Positions 1-7,066 of a DNA stretch of 10,973 bases are shown here, in pieces. The notes beneath the pieces were generated by a model. It was not told where the DNA came from. It made no database searches and saw only the letters and a program-made list of their open reading frames with translations. This DNA comes from Planctomycetota bacterium. GTDB taxonomy: Bacteria; Planctomycetota; UBA8108; UBA1146. The stretch spans positions 1 through 10,973 of the forward strand of contig JAYZBV010000051.1 in the NCBI GenBank assembly GCA_036338595.1, read 5' to 3'. A program made the translations under genes and the position numbers. Positions within the stretch are counted from its first letter, which is position 1. Each line of letters begins with the position of its first letter.

Positions 1-1048
1 TTGCTCGTTCGAGTGCAAGGCGCTCGACCTGACAGCGGATCACCTGCTCGCAGACATGGAAATACTCGCCATAAGTTGGATCGAGCAGCAATACACGGCT
101 CTCTGCTGTAAGCCACTGACAAAATGCAAGAAAGATCAAACTGGATGAACCGGCACCCGGAAGGATATGGGCCGCGGGCACTGCGCGAGCAGCAGCGATC
201 GCCTCGACCAGACCCTCACAGCCGGTCGGAGGAGATGTGCGAAGTAGCCAGTCGAGGTGTTCGCCGAGGGTCGAAAGGACTCCGGGAGCAGGAGCGAACC
301 ACGCATCGAGCACATCTGCATTGATGATCTCCCGGCGACGGGACAGGGTCTGAAAATCCTCGCCCACGTCGCGGAAGAAGCCGCCACCATGAAAACAAGC
401 AGCCGGTCTTCGCAAGGGCACCGTCAATTGCCAGTCGACCATCCGTTCGATCCGCGACAGCAATCGTGGGCTGTCATCGACCACCTGCCTTACCTGTTGC
501 ACGGTGGCACTCATCAGCTGGAAGTTCACAGCGCCCCGGGTCAACTCGATGCCATGGTCCTGGAATCCACTGCTTTGATAGATGGAGGCGATCTCGGTGC
601 GACCGATCACCATCATCCGTTGCCCGCCAGCGGCCTCCACCGCCCGGAAGGCGGCATACATCAGTGCCGGGGCCAGCAACGATCCTCGATGACCGGAGAC
701 CACCGTCAGCAATCGGACCTCGTAGAGGGCATCCGACTCGTCGAAGGGCCACTGCGAACGAGGGATGTAACTGTCGAGGGAATACTCCCCCCCTTCGGGC
801 GGAGTGATGCTGATGTATCCGGCTAACTGGCCATCGACGACCGCCACGAAGTAGCGATTGAAGTCGTCCAGATGATTCTTCAGCACACCTTCTGGATGGA
901 TACCATGCTGGCCGAGTTCGATGGCATAGACATCATGGCGGGATCGGTAGATCGCCTGACGATCCTGCTCGGTGGCCTCTCTGAGAACCATCCTGGAAGC
1001 AGAGGACGTACCATCGTTACCGTGGATCAGGTCCTGCCCAGATTGCAT
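1..1048 (-). CDS. GNAT-type acyltransferase fused to a class I/II PLP-dependent (HisC/CobD-like) aminotransferase or decarboxylase; 3' end lies outside the window
   Basis: Not in the ORF track because there is no stop in the window. Manual translation from ATG 1048 (alternative ATG 991) gives 349 open codons: MQSGQD...MVLREATEQDRQAIYRSRHDVYAIELGQH...YFVAVVDGQLAGYISITPP...LYEVRLLTVVSGHRGSLLAPALMYAAFRAVEAAGGQRMMVIGRTEIASIYQSSGF (GNAT fold), then CFHGGGFF (aa ~218-225)...INADVLDAWFAPAP...LVEAIAAARAVPAAHILPGAGSSSLIFLAF...VLLLDPTYGEY (HisC/CobD-type motifs). The PLP-binding lysine is beyond the edge. Confidence 0.85.
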   Translation of the reverse strand, partial: MQSGQDLIHGNDGTSSASRMVLREATEQDRQAIYRSRHDVYAIELGQHGIHPEGVLKNHLDDFNRYFVAVVDGQLAGYISITPPEGGEYSLDSYIPRSQWPFDESDALYEVRLLTVVSGHRGSLLAPALMYAAFRAVEAAGGQRMMVIGRTEIASIYQSSGFQDHGIELTRGAVNFQLMSATVQQVRQVVDDSPRLLSRIERMVDWQLTVPLRRPAACFHGGGFFRDVGEDFQTLSRRREIINADVLDAWFAPAPGVLSTLGEHLDWLLRTSPPTGCEGLVEAIAAARAVPAAHILPGAGSSSLIFLAFCQWLTAESRVLLLDPTYGEYFHVCEQVIRCQVERLALERA

Positions 1049-2701
1049 CTACTTGGCTACCGGCTCACCGCAATAACACGATGCCGGTGGCATCACATCG
1101 GCACTTCGCCACGCTTTCCGAAACGCCTGGTCGATTCGAGCCGCTTCATCGGCTCGCCTCTGACCGCGCAGTGCATCGCGAAGGCCAAGCAGCGCCCAAC
1201 CGTTGGCGGGAAAGAAGTCGAGATCTCTCAGATAAACCTTCTCGGCATCCTTGTACCGCCCTGCCACGATGAGTAGCGCTCCGTAGGCATGTCGAGCTGG
1301 CATCATCCAGGCCGCTGGCTCGGTATACTCGAGGCGTTCCTCCACCTCGATCGCCTGGGCCAGCAACCCGAGTCCCTGGTCACGATTTCCGGCCTTGAAT
1401 TCAATCTCACCGGAAAGCACCAGCCGCGCCAACACCATCACCTCGACAGCCGGCTGACCACCGAGGTCCCAGTCCTCGGCGGGAATCGCCTTGACCGCTT
1501 CATCAAAAGCAGCCATTTCCGTACGTGCCTGTTCAATGCGCCCGGTGTTGGCATAGGCGATGCCGCGAGCGTAATGACGCAAGGATCGTCCAATCACCGC
1601 CCATTCCGGCGGAGTCGGTTCGGTCAGAATCGCTTCCCACATGCCAAATCGGACCAGCACGTGCCACTTGCAGGAGGCGACTCCATCGCTGATGAACCCG
1701 AGTGCCTCCATCACCGGCGCCGGGACTTCCTCGGTGATCGCACGCGCAGAGGCCACCGCTTCACGACGGCGACCCTGCATCGTGGCTGCGAAGGCCAGGA
1801 AGTGGCGGTTGTGGGCCATGTAGAACCGATATTCACCGGCGTTCGGATCCCCTTCGAACCATGCGTCATCGAGCGCCGCAGCGCGGCGGTTGCAATCGGC
1901 AGCATCATCGTAACGCCCGGTCTGCATCCAGATATGAGATGGCATGTGCACCAGGTGACCTGCCGCTGGAATCAAGTCGATCAGGCGATCGGCCGCGGGT
2001 TCGGCGATCTCGGGCCAGGGAGACGATTCCATGACATGGATGTAGAGATGGTTTGCCGCAGGATGGTCGGGATGACGTCTCATCACGCCCTCCAGGATGG
2101 CTCGAAACTGGGGCGTAAGGTCGAGCGGCTCTCCATCGAGCGACCAGTATTCCCACGGCTGAGTCACCATCATCGCTTCTGCGGTCCAGGTCGCCACATC
2201 GGGATCCATCGGGAACTGATCTCGGACCTTCACCATCGCATCGAGGTAGGCCTGGTTCTGATCGGTCAGATCCTCCGGTGCGGGATACTGGTATCGATGC
2301 ACTAACGCCTCGATCAAGGCGCGATTGGCGCCGCTCTCGCGGCCCTTCAACTCGAACGCCCGCTGGGCGGCGGCGTAGGACCACTGGTCCTTGGGCTCAA
2401 CGATGGTCGGATTGTTCTGGTTCGGACCGGACGAGTAGGCGATCGCCCACCAGGCCATGGCGAAATCAGGATCGATGGTGGTCGCCTGCAGAAACGATGC
2501 GATCGCCCCATCGAAGTTGAAGCCGTACATCAGGGCGAGACCCTGATCAAACCACTGGCGTGCTTGCGCCGAATCGGTGGCTACCGGACGACGATGTTCA
2601 CCGAGTCGCTCCAGGATCATCGGAGGTGGTGCTACAACTTCAGGAAGAGCAGGTTCATCCACAGGAGAGATGGTAAGGGCAAGGATTAGCGGTAGGAACA
2701 T
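1049..2701 (-). CDS. Exported TPR-like alpha-helical protein with His motifs (550 aa)
   Basis: Track ORF 1049..2746. The better start is ATG 2701 (GGAG 7 nt upstream, hydrophobic N-terminus MFLPLILALTISP). It has TPR-like segments (AIASFLQATTIDPDFAMAWWAIAY; GRYDDAADCNRRA; YGALLIVAGRYKDAEKVYLRDL), the motifs HLYIH, HLVHMPSHI and HNRHFL, and a C-terminal SCYC. Confidence 0.85.
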   Translation of the reverse strand: MFLPLILALTISPVDEPALPEVVAPPPMILERLGEHRRPVATDSAQARQWFDQGLALMYGFNFDGAIASFLQATTIDPDFAMAWWAIAYSSGPNQNNPTIVEPKDQWSYAAAQRAFELKGRESGANRALIEALVHRYQYPAPEDLTDQNQAYLDAMVKVRDQFPMDPDVATWTAEAMMVTQPWEYWSLDGEPLDLTPQFRAILEGVMRRHPDHPAANHLYIHVMESSPWPEIAEPAADRLIDLIPAAGHLVHMPSHIWMQTGRYDDAADCNRRAAALDDAWFEGDPNAGEYRFYMAHNRHFLAFAATMQGRRREAVASARAITEEVPAPVMEALGFISDGVASCKWHVLVRFGMWEAILTEPTPPEWAVIGRSLRHYARGIAYANTGRIEQARTEMAAFDEAVKAIPAEDWDLGGQPAVEVMVLARLVLSGEIEFKAGNRDQGLGLLAQAIEVEERLEYTEPAAWMMPARHAYGALLIVAGRYKDAEKVYLRDLDFFPANGWALLGLRDALRGQRRADEAARIDQAFRKAWRSADVMPPASCYCGEPVAK

Positions 2702-2819
2702 CAGCGGGCTCCAGTTTCTATTGCACGATAATCCTGGAAAACCCACCAGGATCTTCCAGACCGATACGATCCTACAGCGGATATCTGGTCGCCAAAATCC
2801 CCTCGAGATCGAACTCTCA

Positions 2820-3692
2820 TCAAAAAGAAATCTTGTCTTTGATCACCCGAATGTGTTCAGGAGTGGTCCCACAACAGCCTCCGACGAGGCTGGCCCCCGC
2901 ATCGATCCAGGAGGCGACATGTGCGACATAATCGTCGGGGTGGATGGCGTCCGAAGAGATCCAGTTTCCATCTTCATCTGCATGGCCAATGTTGCCGTAG
3001 GCGAGGATGGGAGTCTCCGGTAGCGCTCCCCGTAACAACCCGACCTGATCGACGATCGCGTTGGCAGCGACACAGTTGACACCGACCGCCCGTGCATCCC
3101 CCAGTTGAGACAGCAAGGGCGCCAGTTCCTCGCCACTGAGCAGCACCCCTGGCGGCCCGTCACTGCGGGTACAGAAACTGATCATCCACTTGCCGGGAGC
3201 CACCCGACGCGCGGCTTGCACCGCAGCGCGCGCCTCGCCCAGATGGTTCATCGTCTCGATCAAGATCAGGTCCGCCCCTGCAGCGACTAGGTGCTCCATC
3301 AACTCGGTATGTTCGCGCAGACAGGTCTCTTCATCCGGCACCAGGTCCGGCCGGTAGCAATCCTCGAGCGGAGCGACGGAACCGAACACCAGAGCATCCG
3401 AACGCTCCTCATCGCGAACCCGCATGGCGATCTCCACCGCCTGTCGGGTCAATTCTGCAGCGCGTTCGCCCAGCCCAGCCTTCTCCAGCGATCTGCGATG
3501 AGTGCGAAAGGTGGCAGTCGTGATCGCTTCGGCACCGGCGGTTAGATAATCGCGATGAACATCGGCCAGTACCTCGGGAGCATCGAGCAGTGCACGGCTC
3601 GACCACAGCGGCAAAGACAGATTGATGCCGCGCCGTTCCAGTTCGGAACCGGTCGCCCCATCGATGCATCGCAACTTCATTTCTTCACTCAT
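2820..3692 (-). CDS. Homocysteine S-methyltransferase family protein (stand-alone, MmuM/BHMT-like), ~290 aa
   Basis: Family motifs IDGATGSELERRG, LWSS.AL, VHRDYLTAGA, GSVAP, GADLILIETM, GVNC (Cys 3072-3074) and VGGCCGTTPEHI (CC 2871-2876), giving the three Zn-ligand cysteines. Start could be GTG 3695, ATG 3692 or ATG 3680. Tandem stops TGATGA at 2817-2822. Confidence 0.93.
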   Translation of the reverse strand: MSEEMKLRCIDGATGSELERRGINLSLPLWSSRALLDAPEVLADVHRDYLTAGAEAITTATFRTHRRSLEKAGLGERAAELTRQAVEIAMRVRDEERSDALVFGSVAPLEDCYRPDLVPDEETCLREHTELMEHLVAAGADLILIETMNHLGEARAAVQAARRVAPGKWMISFCTRSDGPPGVLLSGEELAPLLSQLGDARAVGVNCVAANAIVDQVGLLRGALPETPILAYGNIGHADEDGNWISSDAIHPDDYVAHVASWIDAGASLVGGCCGTTPEHIRVIKDKISF

Positions 3693-3870
3693 CACTGTTG
3701 TTCTTTCAGGATCAACTTCCTACACAACGAGTCGTAAATCCCTGCCCCCAGATCAGATCGAAAACACACTCGATGGTAAGCAGCGACTCAGCAATCCTCA
3801 ACTCTGCAAAAAAGGGCAAATGGCTCTGGTCCGGGGCAATGACTCGCTCGATGCCTCTGCTCGGAGACCA

Positions 3871-3879
3871 TGCTACGAT
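3871..3879 (+). promoter_or_regulatory. Putative extended -10 element (TGcTACGAT) for a leaderless transcript
   Basis: TGn-TAnnAT match ends 6 nt before ATG 3886, and there is no Shine-Dalgarno directly upstream of this ATG (preceding bases are CCCTCC). Confidence 0.5.
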
Positions 3880-3885
3880 CCCTCC

Positions 3886-6800
3886 ATGAAGAAGATGAAG
3901 AAGAGTATCTTTCTCTCGTCGATCTCGAGACTGCTGGTAGTTATCCAACTCGGCTGGCTGCTGCCCTCTGCCCTCCTGGCGCTCCCGTTACAAGATGAAA
4001 TCGACTACAACCGTTCCATCCGGCCACTCCTCGCGGATCGCTGCTATCCCTGTCATGGTCCCGATGGTCAGGCGAGAAAGGCCAAGTTACGGCTGGATCG
4101 ACGTGAAGATGCCCTGGCAGCACGAACTGAAGGTTCGCCGATCGTTCCCGGCGATCCCTCTGCAAGCCTGATGATCGAACGATTACACCTCGACGATCCA
4201 GAAGATCAGATGCCTCCCCCCGAATCGAAACTCGAGGTCTCCCCTGCCGAGATCGCGTTGCTGGAGCGATGGATCGAGCAGGGCGCCCCATTCGACAGAC
4301 ACTGGGCGTTCGTCGCTCCCGAACCACCCGCGCTGCCCGAGGTCTCCGATGAATCCTGGTCGAAGCAGCCATTGGACCGTTTCATCCTGTCACGACTGGA
4401 AGATGAAGGCATCGCTGCCGCCACCGAAGCAGATCGGACGACCCTGGCGCGTCGCGCTTCCTTCGTCCTGACTGGCCTGGCACCCGAACTGGAAGCTCTC
4501 GAGAGTTTCCTCGCCGACGATTCGCCTGATGCATGGCACAAGTGGATCGACTCACTACTGGCATCCCCCACCTTCGGTGAACAGATGGCCACCCACTGGC
4601 TCGATATCGCCCGATATGCCGACAGTTACGGTTACCAATCAGATGTGCACCGTCAGATGTGGCAATGGCGCGACTGGGTCATCGATGCATTCAACTCGAA
4701 TCTCACCCACGACCAGTTCATCACTCAACAGGTCGCGGGAGACCTGCTCGCGGATGCAACTTCTCAACAGAAACTCGCCACCGCCTTTCAAAGGCTTCAT
4801 CGCCAGACCAACGAAGGAGGGAGTGTCGAGGAAGAATATCGCATCGAGTATATCGCCGATCGAACCCAGACTTTTTCCACCGCGTTTCTCGGCCTCACCT
4901 TTGAGTGTGCACGTTGCCACAATCACAAGTTCGATCCGATTCAGCAGCGCGAGTACTATGCGCTGTCCGCATTCTTCTCCAACATCGATGAAAGCGGTCT
5001 CTACTCTCACTTCACGGCGGCAGTACCCACTCCAGCACTGACACTGTTCGATCAGCAAGCCAAGGATCGCGTCGTCGAACTGACGACCGAGGTGAATCGT
5101 GCCGAGCAACACCTCAACGAGGTGATGGGAACGCGACTCGAAGCGTTTGAATTGTGGCAACAACAACAAAAAGACACCCAGCCACCTCCCTTCCTCACCG
5201 ATGTTGCGGGCCACTTCGCCTTCGACGAGGTCATCGACGCCAAGAGCCCGAACCAGGTCGATCCAGAACACCCCGCCAAGGTGCCCGGAAGTCTCTCGCT
5301 CAGCGAAGGGGTCTCCGGTAAAGCGATCCAGTTGACCGGAGACGATGCACTGGGCTTCGATGGTCTCGGCGCCTACAGCCGCAACGATCCCTTCACCATC
5401 TCCTTGTGGATTCGTACCGAACAGGAACTGGAACGAGCGGTGATTCTTCATCGTTCGAGAGCGTGGACCGATGCCGGCAGCCAGGGGTATCAACTGCTCA
5501 TCGAGAATGGCCGTCTCAGTGCTGCCTTGATCCACTTCTGGCCTGGCGATGCGATAGCAGTTTCTACCACTGATCGCATCGAAGTCGGTCAGTGGACCCA
5601 TGTGGTCTTCTCCTACGATGGATCGAGTCGCGCAGCAGGCATCCAGTTGTGGCTTGATGGTGTTCCAGCAGAGGTCGAAATTGTCCGTGATCATCTACGC
5701 TCCCCCATCACCGGCGGGGGCCCCTACTTCGCCATCGGAGAGCGTTTTCGTGACAACGGTTTCAAATATGGGCAAGTCGATGAGATGCACATCTTGAATC
5801 GGTCCATCTCGGAGATCGAAGTACGCAAGTTGTTTTCCGATGTTGATGATCCGCAAGCCGAGTTCTCCAGTAACGAAAACGAACTTCTCAACTGGTGGCT
5901 GCTGGCGGTTGACGAGGAATGCAGAACAGCTCGTGCCGGGTTGACGGCAGCACGCAAGGCGCTGAGCGGATTCACCGATTCGAAGGCGAAGATCATGGTA
6001 ATGTCGGAGATGGCGCAAAAAAGAACCACGCACATGTTACGCCGGGGTAGATACGATGCTCCTGGCGAGGTGGTCGAGCCTGATGTTCCGGCTGTCTTGC
6101 CACCGATGCCCATCGGTGCCTCGAAAGATCGTCTGGCTCTGGCTCGCTGGCTCGTCTCGCCCGAACACCCCCTGACTGCCCGGGTGGCGGTCAATCGACT
6201 GTGGCAAATCGGCTTCGGTGCGGGAATCGTCCCCACCTCGGAGGATTTCGGCACCCAGGGAACCCGTCCTTCTCATCCACAACTGCTCGATCATCTGGCG
6301 CTGGACTTCATCGACAGCGGCTGGGATGTGAAGAGGATGTTTCGCAAGATTCTCACCTCCAGTACCTGGATGCAGTCATCGACTTGCAGTGCCACCCTGT
6401 GGGAGAAGGATCCGGCCAATCGCCTGCTGGCGCGCGGACCATCCGTCCGGATGTCTGCGGAGATGGTGCGCGATCACGCGCTCCAGGCCAGTGGACTGCT
6501 GGTCGGCAAGATCGGGGGCCCGAGCGTGTTGCCTTACCAACCGCCGGGACTGTGGCAAGAAAAGAGTGGACACACATATACCGCCTCGAAAGGAGAGGGA
6601 CTGTATCGACGCAGTCTCTACACCTTCTGGAAGCGAACTTCTCCTCCTCCAACGATGATGATCTTCGACGCATCAAAACGAGATGTCTGCGTGACCCGAC
6701 GACATCGAACCAGCACACCGATGCAATCCCTGGTGCTGATGAACGATCCTCAGTTCGTCGAGGCGGCGCGAATGCTGGCACGACGTGCCTTGCTGACCAA

Positions 6801-7062
6801 CGGAGACGACCTGGCCGGTGCCATCTCGTACGCCTTTCGTCTGCTGCTGGGTCGACCGATACAAACTGCAGAACTCGACACCCTGCTGGCACTTCGTGAC
6901 CAGTTGTACGCGGATTTCAGTGTCGATGCGGAGGCTGTTGTCCACTGGCTCGCTATTGGAGATAGCGCCATCGATGAGAGCCTGGATGCCGCCAACTGGG
7001 CTGCCATGGCAGCGGTCTGCTCGACCCTCTTCAATCACGATGAAACGACGAGACTGAGGTGA
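3886..7062 (+). CDS. PSD1 / planctomycete cytochrome c protein (PSCyt1 + DUF1549 + LamG/ConA-like + DUF1553), ~1058 aa
   Basis: The track start at 3622 overlaps the divergent gene. The likely start is ATG 3886 (or 3895), giving MKKMKKSIF plus a hydrophobic signal. Motifs: IDYNRSIRPLLADRCYPCHGPD (CxxCH 4042-4056), WIEQGA, HWAF, HWLDIARYADSYG, WRDWVIDAFN, CARCHNHKFDPI (4906-4920), LamG motifs (FTISLWIR, WTHVVFSYDG, GQVDEM), RLALARWL..PEHPLTARVAVNRLWQ, PSHPQLLDHLA, RRSLY, STPMQSLVLMN. Confidence 0.93.
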   Translation: MKKMKKSIFLSSISRLLVVIQLGWLLPSALLALPLQDEIDYNRSIRPLLADRCYPCHGPDGQARKAKLRLDRREDALAARTEGSPIVPGDPSASLMIERLHLDDPEDQMPPPESKLEVSPAEIALLERWIEQGAPFDRHWAFVAPEPPALPEVSDESWSKQPLDRFILSRLEDEGIAAATEADRTTLARRASFVLTGLAPELEALESFLADDSPDAWHKWIDSLLASPTFGEQMATHWLDIARYADSYGYQSDVHRQMWQWRDWVIDAFNSNLTHDQFITQQVAGDLLADATSQQKLATAFQRLHRQTNEGGSVEEEYRIEYIADRTQTFSTAFLGLTFECARCHNHKFDPIQQREYYALSAFFSNIDESGLYSHFTAAVPTPALTLFDQQAKDRVVELTTEVNRAEQHLNEVMGTRLEAFELWQQQQKDTQPPPFLTDVAGHFAFDEVIDAKSPNQVDPEHPAKVPGSLSLSEGVSGKAIQLTGDDALGFDGLGAYSRNDPFTISLWIRTEQELERAVILHRSRAWTDAGSQGYQLLIENGRLSAALIHFWPGDAIAVSTTDRIEVGQWTHVVFSYDGSSRAAGIQLWLDGVPAEVEIVRDHLRSPITGGGPYFAIGERFRDNGFKYGQVDEMHILNRSISEIEVRKLFSDVDDPQAEFSSNENELLNWWLLAVDEECRTARAGLTAARKALSGFTDSKAKIMVMSEMAQKRTTHMLRRGRYDAPGEVVEPDVPAVLPPMPIGASKDRLALARWLVSPEHPLTARVAVNRLWQIGFGAGIVPTSEDFGTQGTRPSHPQLLDHLALDFIDSGWDVKRMFRKILTSSTWMQSSTCSATLWEKDPANRLLARGPSVRMSAEMVRDHALQASGLLVGKIGGPSVLPYQPPGLWQEKSGHTYTASKGEGLYRRSLYTFWKRTSPPPTMMIFDASKRDVCVTRRHRTSTPMQSLVLMNDPQFVEAARMLARRALLTNGDDLAGAISYAFRLLLGRPIQTAELDTLLALRDQLYADFSVDAEAVVHWLAIGDSAIDESLDAANWAAMAAVCSTLFNHDETTRLR

Positions 7063-7066
7063 TGCG

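Noticed and set aside
787..793. C7 homopolymer in the GNAT domain as a phase-variation tract
   Set aside because: Short, in frame (Gly-Gly-Glu codons), and there is no evidence of slippage.
124..1276. Plus-strand ORFs 124..324, 257..826, 466..807 and 872..1276
   Set aside because: Antisense shadows of the minus-strand GNAT-PLP and TPR genes, with no recognisable motifs.
1289..2305. 338-aa plus-strand ORF
   Set aside because: Antisense to the TPR gene; the His/Arg-rich composition is typical of shadow ORFs in GC-rich DNA.
195..2506. Three GCGATCGC (HIP1-like) octamers at 195, 2439 and 2499, and frequent TCGA/GATC
   Set aside because: All three encode Ala-Ile-Ala in frame, so codon usage explains them.
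3622..3885. 88-aa N-terminal extension of the PSD1 ORF given by the track
   Set aside because: It overlaps the divergent methyltransferase start, and the signal peptide and -10 element point to ATG 3886.
3696..3885. Possible SAM/SAH riboswitch upstream of the methyltransferase
   Set aside because: No SAM-I/II/IV or SAH consensus recognised, only short TCGA-based stems. An Rfam scan is needed to exclude it fully.
5158..5169. (CAA)4 repeat
   Set aside because: Four Gln codons in a linker; too short to matter.
4639..5694. 351-aa minus-strand ORF and other long antisense ORFs within PSD1/DUF1501
   Set aside because: Fully overlapped by well-supported genes on the other strand.
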